A stretch of DNA of 34,356 nt from a virus (taxonomy: Duplodnaviria > Heunggongvirae > Uroviricota > Caudoviricetes). Made by a program: the position numbers and the translations under genes. Location: IMG/VR virus record IMGVR_UViG_2684622669_000020. One strand, written 5' to 3'. Positions 26,276 to 34,356 of the stretch are shown piece by piece. The notes under the pieces were generated by a model. It saw only the letters and a program-made list of their open reading frames with translations. It did no database searches and had not been told where the DNA came from. How positions within the stretch are numbered: position 1 is the stretch's first letter; each line of letters starts with the position of its first letter.

Positions 26276-26467
26276 TCATCCTTCCTCGCTTTTTGCAGTT
26301 TCAAACCACGCATCCTGCCCCACAACATCATCACCACATGGTGGTTCAGATTCTGAATAGCGACCGGCCCACCAGTATTTACCATTACGATGCTTTGCTG
26401 TGCCGCAACGCTGGCATATGAAAATTGACCCATCACGCTGATAATGATGGATGTGCTCGTTACTCAT
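26276..26467 (-). CDS. Hypothetical small protein with Cys motif
   Basis: 63-aa ORF containing CQRCG and a second Cys pair; start overlaps upstream stop. Confidence 0.45.
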   Translation of the reverse strand: MSNEHIHHYQRDGSIFICQRCGTAKHRNGKYWWAGRYSESEPPCGDDVVGQDAWFETAKSEEG

Positions 26468-26688
26468 TGTGCAGCCTCCTGTTTTGCCACTTTAAACGCC
26501 CGTAACATCGGAACCGTTTTACCGGTGATAACGGTTTTCATTAAAAGGCCGCCGCCACTCTGGTGGCGCACTTCAGGAGCAACAAACAGCGCCGCATCCA
26601 CAACCCGACAATAGCGACGGAACTCCCAGAACCAGCAGGTAACAATGATTTTTGCGGTGACTCCGTAGTCATAAAATTCAATATTCAT
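26464..26688 (-). CDS. Hypothetical small protein
   Basis: 74-aa ORF; ATG overlaps upstream stop (ATGA). Confidence 0.45.
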   Translation of the reverse strand: MNIEFYDYGVTAKIIVTCWFWEFRRYCRVVDAALFVAPEVRHQSGGGLLMKTVITGKTVPMLRAFKVAKQEAAQ

Positions 26689-26912
26689 TTGCAGTTAAAC
26701 CTTCTTTTGTGACGTTCTACAGCGGCTTTCATGGCGTTGTGCACGGTTCTTTTAATAATCCGGCGTCCCGCACTGTCATAGAACCGCCACCGGGAAGCCT
26801 CCGGATATTTAGGGAACTCAACCGCCGCGCTACCGTCATTCATCCTGTATTCGTGGCGTTCTCCGGGCGGCTGGTATATTGCTTCGGTAACACTGAGAAG
26901 TTTAAAAGCCAT
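26685..26912 (-). CDS. Hypothetical small protein
   Basis: 75-aa ORF with GGGGAGGG upstream of ATG 26912, 2 nt after the upstream stop. Confidence 0.5.
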   Translation of the reverse strand: MAFKLLSVTEAIYQPPGERHEYRMNDGSAAVEFPKYPEASRWRFYDSAGRRIIKRTVHNAMKAAVERHKRRFNCK

Positions 26913-26914
26913 CG

Positions 26915-27625
26915 TTACACCCTCCCCAGTGCCAGCGGTCTGTTGCTCTGACCATTAACTCCCTGATGCAGCCTGGCGTTTTTTCCGGCGATAAAACCGG
27001 CAGTAGCGGCAAACTCTGCACCCCGGCACGCTTTAGCCGTACGCATATCCCCGTCGCGCAGTCCTTTAGTGCTGTGCAGATTCTTTCTGTAAAGCTCAAG
27101 GCGGCTTTTTTCTTCCGGGGAGACGTCATACACCGCAATGACATCACGGGCACCAAAGACCCAGCCTTCGCAGAACTGGTCGCCACGGGCCACCCGCGTG
27201 GACGGGCCGCAACGTTTGCAGTGTTTATCCTGATATTTCTTGCGCTCTGCCATCATCTGACGGGAAAGCACATCAAACGCGTAAGCCGCGATTTCCGGGC
27301 GGCTGTCAGAGCCATAAAAACGCACGTGACGTTTGAGTGAACCAGAAGCCCGGTACTCACCGGAGATGTAACACTCGACGCCGAAGGCTTTACAGACCAG
27401 GTCACACAGGATGTGCATATAACGCGGCGGCGTACTGGCATCACTCGGCGCACCCGCGCTGGCAGCTTCCTGAATGTCGAACAATTCAGCGTCGTTTTCG
27501 CTGATGCCATGCTGGCGCATATAAGCCTGGGCTTTTGCAATAGCGTTAGCGGCTTCTTCCGGGCTTGATGTTCCTCTGGCAAGGTGTAACAGCTTTTTAA
27601 TTTTGGCGATGTATTTATCTTTCAT
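26915..27625 (-). CDS. DUF2786-like early protein
   Basis: 236 aa; N-terminus MKDKYIAKIKKLLHLARGTSSPEEAANAIAKAQAYMRQHGI matches the DUF2786-type N-terminal signature as I recall it; Cys-rich C-terminus. Confidence 0.6.
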   Translation of the reverse strand: MKDKYIAKIKKLLHLARGTSSPEEAANAIAKAQAYMRQHGISENDAELFDIQEAASAGAPSDASTPPRYMHILCDLVCKAFGVECYISGEYRASGSLKRHVRFYGSDSRPEIAAYAFDVLSRQMMAERKKYQDKHCKRCGPSTRVARGDQFCEGWVFGARDVIAVYDVSPEEKSRLELYRKNLHSTKGLRDGDMRTAKACRGAEFAATAGFIAGKNARLHQGVNGQSNRPLALGRV

Positions 27626-27638
27626 GGTCGTCTGAACC

Positions 27639-27821
27639 TCAGCATCCTGAATTCTGAATTACGCAACTTCCGGCACGGCCTTCAGGAACGTGGGGAGTTC
27701 GTTCTGGCTGCGGCGCTGGATGATCATCTGCTGTCGATTGAGAACTGGTCGCAAGACGATTAAAACAAACGATTGTCAGATTAATTTCGCGGGAGAATTT
27801 TTTTTGCTTAGCGATATTCAT
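27639..27821 (-). CDS. Possible small ORF in AT-rich spacer
   Basis: 60 codons with GAGGAAG upstream of ATG 27821; low-complexity sequence, so uncertain. Confidence 0.3.
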   Translation of the reverse strand: MNIAKQKKFSREINLTIVCFNRLATSSQSTADDHPAPQPERTPHVPEGRAGSCVIQNSGC

Positions 27822-27875
27822 AAATAAACTTCCTCAGAATCAGGCGCAGACCTGTTTACCTGCGCCATAAAAAAA

Positions 27876-28274
27876 TCAGAAATCAGAATCGAAATCGAAA
27901 ACGTCAGTTAATTCCCGCTTCAGTGAAACGCGCTCAGAATAAAAGCCATTGCTCTCACTGCACCATCTGACGGTCACACAGCCTTTTGATGTACCGAACT
28001 TAAAGAAACTCCATGTCTGATGACCTTCCCCGACATCACATTCTTCTGTAACCACTTCAGCCTCTGTTAGCGGTTCGCCTTGCAGGTCGTCAAGGTTTCC
28101 GACGATGTCCTCAATCCAGACTTTTTCGCAGCAGTCCTGAAAGTGAAAAAACGTAAACACGGTCCCCCATACTCCGCAGGAATAATCACCACGAAAAACA
28201 AGTTCATCGTTTTCATTCTTAAATACTTCTTTAAATGTACGCCCAAGCATTTCATTGATAACGGTAACGCTCAT
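27876..28274 (-). CDS. Acidic hypothetical protein (moron-like)
   Basis: 132 aa, GGAGAA SD; about 26 Asp/Glu versus about 10 Lys/Arg by eye; AT-rich gene flanked by AT-rich spacers with hairpins. Confidence 0.6.
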   Translation of the reverse strand: MSVTVINEMLGRTFKEVFKNENDELVFRGDYSCGVWGTVFTFFHFQDCCEKVWIEDIVGNLDDLQGEPLTEAEVVTEECDVGEGHQTWSFFKFGTSKGCVTVRWCSESNGFYSERVSLKRELTDVFDFDSDF

Positions 28275-28354
28275 TTCTGTTTCTCCAGATTCAGGCGTAA
28301 GCCAGCCCCGACGGGTTTACGCCTGTTTTAAATAACAATTAAAAACAAATTAAA

Positions 28355-28546
28355 TTAATGCGGTGCTTTCAGTGTTTCGACTTTAACGAAATAAGGCTCG
28401 ACATTAATTTCAACCACACAACCACATTTAAAATCTCTGGCAGGTGAAACGGTTTTCACCACACGACCACCACGCAACGCCGGATGTGCAGTGTGCATGA
28501 AGCGAGTCCCTACTGGATACTGCTTATTAAAGTTCTTCGCATTCAT
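28355..28546 (-). CDS. Hypothetical small protein
   Basis: 63-aa ORF with GGAGG upstream of ATG 28546. Confidence 0.5.
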   Translation of the reverse strand: MNAKNFNKQYPVGTRFMHTAHPALRGGRVVKTVSPARDFKCGCVVEINVEPYFVKVETLKAPH

Positions 28547-28760
28547 GGCGTGGCCTCCAGCCCTTCAGGTGAGCGTTAGCGCAGAACTCCGCACGATGTT
28601 CAGCCCAGATGCGGCGCAGGGTGCTACACGGGCTTTGCGCTGCCTTGCGCCACAGTTTTTCTGCCTCGTCATAATCGCCGCGTTGTTCTGCTCTGGACGC
28701 GCCCAGCGAGTACGCCGCGCAACGATTTCCGGCTCTGTACTCTTTGATATCCTGATGCAT
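28527..28760 (-). CDS. Hypothetical small helical protein
   Basis: Track ORF trimmed to ATG 28760 (MHQDIKEYRAG...), 1 nt after the upstream stop; 77 aa; weak resemblance to small TPR-like regulators. Confidence 0.45.
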   Translation of the reverse strand: MHQDIKEYRAGNRCAAYSLGASRAEQRGDYDEAEKLWRKAAQSPCSTLRRIWAEHRAEFCANAHLKGWRPRHECEEL

Positions 28761-28761
28761 G

Positions 28762-29406
28762 TTAAACTCCTGCAATATCCAGCGGGATTGCGCGGTATTC
28801 ATCAGAATCACCGACGCGCTCATACACGCGGATATAGCTTCTGCTGCCAACCACCTGGACGGCTTCACCAATCAGTTTCATGGCGTTATCCCAGCGTTCC
28901 TCCGTAATATCGAGACGACGCAGAGCCAGAACGCGCCCGGTGTTAATGTTGCCTTCCTTGTCCGTGCTGAATGCCTCACTGATGATGGCTTTAATTTCAG
29001 GGCGCGCTCCTTCCGTCCAGTCAGCCAGGCAGTCATCAATCAGTGCCTTCGCGGTCTGAATGCGTTCATCAAGCGCGATACGGTCCTGCATAGCGCGCTG
29101 AATCTTGTAACGCCCGTCAAAGCTGTAAAGCGTGATATTGCCTTTTTTGCCGCCTTTCACAGCGCCGTATTTCTCCGCCGACAGGTCAATAAACGCCTGA
29201 ATATCACCAAACGCACGCAGTTTCAGTTCACGCAGTGAGGCAGAGGCAGCAATCACCATCTCCACAAGCTCACCGACCAGCTGCTCACGGTCGCGGTCAA
29301 TATCTTTGATAAGGCTTTCAGGTGTCATTACGCCACGGGCATCCACCCAGTAACCTTCAGGCGCTTGAGTTTTCGTGTATTGCTTAACTTTATTTTCAGT
29401 CGTCAT
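28762..29406 (-). CDS. Conserved Mu-like early-region protein (possibly DUF3164 family)
   Basis: 214-aa ORF with GAGGTAAT SD upstream of ATG 29406; no similarity to Mu Gam as I recall it. Confidence 0.6.
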   Translation of the reverse strand: MTTENKVKQYTKTQAPEGYWVDARGVMTPESLIKDIDRDREQLVGELVEMVIAASASLRELKLRAFGDIQAFIDLSAEKYGAVKGGKKGNITLYSFDGRYKIQRAMQDRIALDERIQTAKALIDDCLADWTEGARPEIKAIISEAFSTDKEGNINTGRVLALRRLDITEERWDNAMKLIGEAVQVVGSRSYIRVYERVGDSDEYRAIPLDIAGV

Positions 29407-29435
29407 AATTAAATTACCTCAGTAATATTTACAGA

Positions 29436-29672
29436 TTAATTTGTGTTATGTGCGCAAGGCGCAACGTTTTCAGAAAAAAGATTCACGCCGTTATAGTCAT
29501 TTCTGAGCGTTTCCTTGATAACATCATGTAATCTTGTTGCCACCTGAAACTCCTTTTCGGAAGCTCCGTCCTCCGAATAACTCCCCGTGGTCTGGGTTAA
29601 AACACAGCCTTTTTCATCGGTATAGATAATTACTTCTAACTTAACCGCCATGTTTTTCTCCTTTAAAATCAA
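29436..29672 (-). CDS. Hypothetical small protein
   Basis: 78-aa ORF (alternative ATG at 29651) in the early-gene array. Confidence 0.4.
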   Translation of the reverse strand: MILKEKNMAVKLEVIIYTDEKGCVLTQTTGSYSEDGASEKEFQVATRLHDVIKETLRNDYNGVNLFSENVAPCAHNTN

Positions 29673-29832
29673 ATGATTTAAAAATAATTTCGTTCATAAA
29701 ACAGTGAGTTTTTATGATAATGTCGGAAACCTGCTCTCCCGTGACATCAGGCGGCAACTGATACGTCGCGACGGTTTTCTCCGGTTTACCTGGCCTGTCC
29801 AGGCTGAAAGTTAATTCAAGCTCCAGTGACAT
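29641..29832 (-). CDS. Hypothetical small protein
   Basis: 63-aa ORF in the early-gene array. Confidence 0.4.
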   Translation of the reverse strand: MSLELELTFSLDRPGKPEKTVATYQLPPDVTGEQVSDIIIKTHCFMNEIIFKSFDFKGEKHGG

Positions 29833-29842
29833 TTTTCACCTC

Positions 29843-30094
29843 TCAATGCATTTGTGTCTCTTGAGGAATATACGGACATCCCTGTGCCAGTTGTTTCACG
29901 TAGTCATGGTAGATTTGCAGATCAAGCCGTTCATTTCCGTGTTTCTCCTTCAGAACCGTACAAATAGCACCGACAGTCCCCAGAGTTCTTGCTGCTTCTT
30001 CGAGTGTGGCATTGTCGCCATTTTCCACCCGAATAAGGTTATGGCACTGGTTATTACCCAGGTCGGTAAATACTATTGTTAATTTCACGCTCAC
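29843..30094 (-). CDS. Hypothetical small protein
   Basis: 83-aa ORF, GTG start with GAGGAA 8 nt upstream. Confidence 0.45.
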   Translation of the reverse strand: MSVKLTIVFTDLGNNQCHNLIRVENGDNATLEEAARTLGTVGAICTVLKEKHGNERLDLQIYHDYVKQLAQGCPYIPQETQMH

Positions 30095-30109
30095 TTTTAA
30101 TTCCTCGTT

Positions 30110-30349
30110 TTATTGCCATACGACGGTGCAGCCGTCGATACAGGACGTTTTAACCACGCGGCGCAGGCCGCTGAATCTCTGGATGATTTCCGTTACCGGC
30201 CATACAGGACCCCCCACGGGCGGGCAGGCATAAACCACAGGTAAACGGTGATGCTGTCCCGTTACACGGCCACCGGTGGTGTGGATGGCCACACGGGCAC
30301 GGGAACGGACGGCGTTAATGGTCTGCTTGTCCATCGTCTTGTTCTCCAT
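30110..30349 (-). CDS. Hypothetical small protein downstream of B
   Basis: 79-aa ORF; ATG overlaps the B stop (ATGA). Confidence 0.45.
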   Translation of the reverse strand: MENKTMDKQTINAVRSRARVAIHTTGGRVTGQHHRLPVVYACPPVGGPVWPVTEIIQRFSGLRRVVKTSCIDGCTVVWQ

Positions 30350-31242
30350 CAGTGAATTAACATTTCTGCGAAATCATCAATAGCCTGCACACTGACCGGC
30401 GCATCGCTGATATCACAAATCCGGTAGACCCCACGCACAAGTTTAAACAGGCGTCGGGCATTGCCCCGTGAGCGTGTGTAAAGTGCTTCACAGATTTCAG
30501 GCGCTGCTGCTTCCGGCATCAGTTCGGCGGCTATCTGGATGAAATCCTTCTGCGCCAGCGTATCGCCGAGGTCCAGCGAAAGAGCCACCCGACTGTATAG
30601 CTGCGCGAACTCCCCACGATTGCCTTTAAGATTAATCAACAGGCGCGGCATACCAGCCAGGGCAACACCGACGCCCGCCTTGTCATGCAGACGACGCAGA
30701 ACTTCCAGCGCACGATAGGGGAGCAGTTCGGCTTCATCCACCATCAGCAGGCGACCGGAGTCACGCAATTCGTGTACGCAGGCATTAATCAGTTCGTGAA
30801 TATTGCCGCGAACCTTTACCCCCAACTGGCGGCACAGTTCCTCCAGCAGTGTCCTGGCTGTATAGCCCGGGTCAGCCTCAATCAGTATTGCGTCCCGGTT
30901 TCTGGCGGCGTATTCGCGCAAAATCATTGTTTTGCCAAGACCTGCCGCGCCATACAACACGCTAATTTCACACTCCAGATGAGCATAGGCCAGCGCCTCC
31001 AGCCCTTTGGCGGCCATACCTGTAGTCACAAAACTTGCTTTTACACGCCGGTTGTTTTCTTTTTCCCGTTCACGGCTGACAAAGGCAGAAATTCGCTCTT
31101 CGATATCAGTGATATCGCCCTGATATTTACCCTGCAAATACTGGTTGATAACGGCGCTGCTACGACCAATAGCACGGGCAACGTGGGTCTGCGTATAGCC
31201 GCGACGGGCCATTACGTCATTTAATTGCGTAATTAAACTCAT
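30349..31242 (-). CDS. B: Transposition ATPase B (MuB-like)
   Basis: 297 aa; N-terminal HTH then Walker A GAAGLGKT and D-E motif MVDEAE; directly downstream of the transposase. Confidence 0.85.
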   Translation of the reverse strand: MSLITQLNDVMARRGYTQTHVARAIGRSSAVINQYLQGKYQGDITDIEERISAFVSREREKENNRRVKASFVTTGMAAKGLEALAYAHLECEISVLYGAAGLGKTMILREYAARNRDAILIEADPGYTARTLLEELCRQLGVKVRGNIHELINACVHELRDSGRLLMVDEAELLPYRALEVLRRLHDKAGVGVALAGMPRLLINLKGNRGEFAQLYSRVALSLDLGDTLAQKDFIQIAAELMPEAAAPEICEALYTRSRGNARRLFKLVRGVYRICDISDAPVSVQAIDDFAEMLIH

Positions 31243-31259
31243 ATTAAATACCTTTTAAA

Positions 31260-33335
31260 TTAACGGTTGTTTGTGCCGTCTTTCTTTAAATTGCGGTCAC
31301 GCTCGGATGCAAAGAAATAAAGTTCTTCTTTTTTCTTTTCCTCCTTACGCTCCAGACCAAATCCAAAATTAAAGTCAGGTCTCTGCGTAATAGCCGGGGT
31401 AAGCTCGCGTTTAGCCTCTTCGATTTTCTGCGTGGCCCGTGCAATGCGGCCTCTGGCGCGTTTCTCCTGCTGCTGTTCGATAACAGCTTTCGGGAACGCA
31501 TCAACCTTATTACCGTTCCAGATGGCATCGCAGATATAAGAACCGTCCATCCGCCTGACAATCACGCTGTTTGCGTCGTGAATGTCGTAACAAACCCTGA
31601 CTTCATTTCCGTGCTCTGCTGCCAGTTCTGTGGAGAAATAGATGTTTCTGAATAACACCACTTCACCGCGTCGCACCGTGCAGATGCTTTCCGGTCGGAA
31701 CATTTCATGCAGTTCTTCCGGCGACAGCATGTCGATTTCAGCCTTTTGCTCTTTTATCAGTTTCCGGCGATACGCTGCCGGGCTGTAATGTTCGCCATCC
31801 TCTTTGCGGGGAAGGCTGCTGTGTGGCCGGTTGTTATACCGTTTCACCTCCAGCTCTATTGCGGCCATCAGTTGCTCAAAAGTGGGGACTTCTCCCATCG
31901 CTTTAACCTGCCGCTTTGTCAGCTCTTTCCCTTTGTGGGTGGCCTTAATGGCTGACTGTGTGATGCGTTGCTGCATCATCACCGTTTCCTTGTCTGCATT
32001 TTTTGAGCAGTACGTCTGGAAACTCAGGGCCACATCTTTGGGTATTCCTTTGTTTGCCCGTTCTATTACCCCGCGCCCCTGCGGGTTACCAGGTATCCCC
32101 GTGTGATGCTCCACACCCAGCCGGGGCAGAATCCCGGTAATATCGGCATCAAGCACCCGGTTTTTTTCACCGCCCCCGTTATCGGAGTAATAAATCAGCG
32201 GTATTCCGTGTTGTGACATGCCATGACGCAATGCATCAGCAACGGCTATCACGTTCTCCGACAGGGACAGCGACCAGCCCACAATAAAGCGTTGCCCCGC
32301 ATCCATAACCAGCGTCACTTCTGGCCGGAATGTATTCCCGGTGGCAGGGTTGAATGCCATCAGTTTCATACAGTGACCATCCCCGACCCATACCGCATTA
32401 ACCGGTAATGTGCTCCAGTCGCGCCGCACAAAGGGATTGAGCGAACGCCAGGCTGAGCCGGTGGAGCGGAAACGCTCCTTAACAATCACCGGGACGTTGC
32501 TTAACACCCGTCTTACTGCGTGAACTGAAGGCAGTGCTGCCAGCATTCCCGCATCGTTCGCGTGTTTTTCATGCCACCAGGCTGAAAACTCGCGATACGC
32601 ATATTCAACGGTCGGGCGCTTCCATGAGCGATAGAACATAAAGAAATCGCTCAACCACCAGACCTGCTCCCACGGTGTTCCCTTATGATGACCGGGAGCC
32701 AGTAACGCCAGTAACTGATTGGCATCACCGCGCGCCATCAGCCAGGCGGAATACCATTCCTGTAAACTCCCTGTACTGACGCCAGTTCGCTTACCCTGTC
32801 GGGCATTGGCGGTATTACCGGCCACAATAACGCGCTCGGGCAAAGCCCCCTGGCGGATACCATCAACGATGTGTTTTATCGCTGCTGTCCTGGACATTCC
32901 TGCGTATTCACGCAGTTTATGCACTTCGGTAGCCAGCAATATCCGCGCATCAGCGATGGCCTTTTGCTTGTCGGTCAGTGCCTGAACTTCGCGTAATGCC
33001 AGTTCCGGGCATTTGACCATCACTTCCAGTTCATCGCGAATGGTGACGTTCTTAACTGCCTTCTGCTCAACCACGGCGGGCAGTTGCGCATCTTCCAGAA
33101 CCTGATGGGTCAGGCGTTGACGTAAAACCTTCTGAACATCTTTAGGTAAACTGGATATATGGTACTCATATATTTTCCCCTGAACTCCAGACTTCCTTCT
33201 TCTTGTCCAGTTCGCTCGTTTAGCTTTTTGAGTGATCCCCTGTACAGTTTTCGGTAGCCCTTGAAGCCCTGTTAGTTCATTCAACGTAAACCATTCAGGT
33301 TCGAACTTGACTTCATAGTCGTTGTTCTTATTCAT
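31260..33335 (-). CDS. A: DDE transposase (MuA-like)
   Basis: 691 aa; N-terminal domain resembles the repressor N-terminus (LxGLxGLPxTxQGIxQKAKRxxW); central integrase-like catalytic region; followed by B. Confidence 0.9.
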   Translation of the reverse strand: MNKNNDYEVKFEPEWFTLNELTGLQGLPKTVQGITQKAKRANWTRRRKSGVQGKIYEYHISSLPKDVQKVLRQRLTHQVLEDAQLPAVVEQKAVKNVTIRDELEVMVKCPELALREVQALTDKQKAIADARILLATEVHKLREYAGMSRTAAIKHIVDGIRQGALPERVIVAGNTANARQGKRTGVSTGSLQEWYSAWLMARGDANQLLALLAPGHHKGTPWEQVWWLSDFFMFYRSWKRPTVEYAYREFSAWWHEKHANDAGMLAALPSVHAVRRVLSNVPVIVKERFRSTGSAWRSLNPFVRRDWSTLPVNAVWVGDGHCMKLMAFNPATGNTFRPEVTLVMDAGQRFIVGWSLSLSENVIAVADALRHGMSQHGIPLIYYSDNGGGEKNRVLDADITGILPRLGVEHHTGIPGNPQGRGVIERANKGIPKDVALSFQTYCSKNADKETVMMQQRITQSAIKATHKGKELTKRQVKAMGEVPTFEQLMAAIELEVKRYNNRPHSSLPRKEDGEHYSPAAYRRKLIKEQKAEIDMLSPEELHEMFRPESICTVRRGEVVLFRNIYFSTELAAEHGNEVRVCYDIHDANSVIVRRMDGSYICDAIWNGNKVDAFPKAVIEQQQEKRARGRIARATQKIEEAKRELTPAITQRPDFNFGFGLERKEEKKKEELYFFASERDRNLKKDGTNNR

Positions 33336-33531
33336 AACGTGATGGCCAAATTTCTTCTGGCTTTTTACCGATCACACTAGCGACAATCATTTCTGCTTTG
33401 GGCCATTTTGTACGTAGAACATTACCCAAACTTCTTGATTTCATTCCATGCTCTCGTGAAAGCCGACTAAAGTTTGTTCCTTTCTTTTCTAGTTCCGCCT
33501 TGATATCTGACGGATGCATATCTTGTCTCAC
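33328..33531 (-). CDS. ner: Ner-like DNA-binding protein
   Basis: 67 aa; C-terminal KWPKAEMIVASVIGKKPEEIWPSRYE closely matches the Mu Ner C-terminus; GTG start with GAGGTAGAG upstream (alternative ATG at 33519); overlaps the transposase start. Confidence 0.8.
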   Translation of the reverse strand: MRQDMHPSDIKAELEKKGTNFSRLSREHGMKSRSLGNVLRTKWPKAEMIVASVIGKKPEEIWPSRYE

Positions 33532-33777
33532 GTCTCTACCTCTTCACATAAATCAACAGATATGAGATCTTGAGTGATTACTCGCATGTGTACGCGATTG
33601 AGTTACTCACCTGCGTGAAGAATACTAGATTTAAACAATGTTTAAGTCAACATGTTTAAATCTATATTTAAAACATTTTAGTAAGCAGGTGGCTTATCAT
33701 TTTGTTTTTGAAGTAATTTTTGTGTTTTAAACAAAAGCTCTGTTTCATGCTCTTTTGTTTAAATCTAAGGGGTTAGA
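33532..33777. promoter_or_regulatory. Divergent c/ner operator-promoter region with repeated TGTTTAAA sites
   Basis: AT-rich 246-bp spacer between divergent c and ner; at least six copies of TGTTTAAA / TTTAAACA, including the near-palindrome TTTAAACAATGTTTAAG. Confidence 0.5.
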
Positions 33778-34356
33778 ATGAAACAAGAATGGGTTGCCGC
33801 AAAAGACCTGGTAGGGCTTCATGGTTTACCTGCCACAATTCAGGGAATTCACCAAAAAGCCAAAAGGGGCGGATGGCGCAAAGAGAAAAGAATTACACCT
33901 GGTGTGAAGGGACATCAGGTATACTTCTACTTGCCTGATTTGCCTGAAAAAATACGCTGCTCCTTGGTGTCGAAAGACAGAGAAACTCCAGTGAGGAATG
34001 ATTTAAACAAAGGGTTGATATCAATACTGGAAATGACATCCGCAGAAGATCAATTCAATCTTTTTCGCGCTTTGTGTGAATTTGGCATCAAAGGAGTCCT
34101 AGAACACCTACAACAACCCACCAGGCAAGCTACGCAGGCCGACAGCGACCAGGACGAACAGGAGAATGCCATCAGAAGTCTAAACATCAGGGAATCGCTT
34201 AAAGACGTTATATGTATGGCTCTAGATGGTAATGAAGAAACCGACAAAGAGATTTTGCGACGCATCGAATCTCGTGCACGGGCTGGGTCGCCAGGTGGTC
34301 AGACCGTTGCCACGCCGGAGCAAGAAACGAAGCCTGTAAGCAAAAAATCAGCATGA
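33778..34356 (+). CDS. c: Mu-type repressor c
   Basis: 192 aa; N-terminal domain similar to the transposase N-terminus; divergent from ner; AGGGG SD; stop codon is the last 3 nt of the window. Confidence 0.8.
   Translation: MKQEWVAAKDLVGLHGLPATIQGIHQKAKRGGWRKEKRITPGVKGHQVYFYLPDLPEKIRCSLVSKDRETPVRNDLNKGLISILEMTSAEDQFNLFRALCEFGIKGVLEHLQQPTRQATQADSDQDEQENAIRSLNIRESLKDVICMALDGNEETDKEILRRIESRARAGSPGGQTVATPEQETKPVSKKSA

Noticed and set aside
26098-26436. 112-aa minus-strand ORF in the track
   Set aside because: Its N-terminal half overlaps the better-supported 63-aa ORF (26276-26467) in another frame; only the C-terminal 58 codons from ATG 26274 are likely real.
27843-27866. GGCGCAG-N10-CTGCGCC hairpin as a terminator
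   Set aside because: The T-run precedes rather than follows the stem on the minus strand, and an A-run follows on the plus strand; may still be an RNA structure near the RBS of the 60-codon ORF.
30685-31224. 179-aa plus-strand ORF
   Set aside because: Antisense to the MuB-like gene, which has a clear Walker A motif in the minus frame.
1-34356. CRISPR arrays, tRNA or rRNA genes
   Set aside because: No regularly spaced direct repeats with unique spacers, no cloverleaf-like segments, and no sizeable non-coding gaps; essentially the whole window is phage coding sequence.

Overview
The window is almost entirely one Mu-like transposable prophage, with nearly all genes on the minus strand and neither prophage end inside the window. 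Reading right to left: repressor c (+ strand, ends at the window edge), an AT-rich operator region, ner, a MuA-like DDE transposase, the MuB-like ATPase, about 20 tightly packed small early genes (including DUF3164-like, DUF2786-like and GemA-like proteins plus AT-rich moron-like genes), a single Mor/C-family activator bracketed by two intrinsic terminators, a lysis cassette, terminase small and large subunits, portal, F, G, I, major head T, gp36-38-like proteins, sheath, tube, tail chaperone, tape measure, DNA circulation protein, baseplate genes, tail fibre and fibre assembly protein, a terminator, and the start of a second collagen-like side tail fibre that runs off the left edge. The most notable observations are a sequence element repeated upstream of the lysis, head (I) and baseplate blocks (candidate activator-dependent late promoters), a probable -1 frameshift extension of the tail chaperone, two tandem paralogous mini-ORFs, and a 42-bp in-frame tandem repeat. 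I found no multi-gene defence system with recognisable enzymatic domains; the candidates for novelty are the unassigned small early genes. All family assignments come from reading the translated ORFs and recalling family hallmarks, not from database searches. The supplied ORF track uses GTG/TTG as well as ATG starts, so several starts were moved to better-supported codons.
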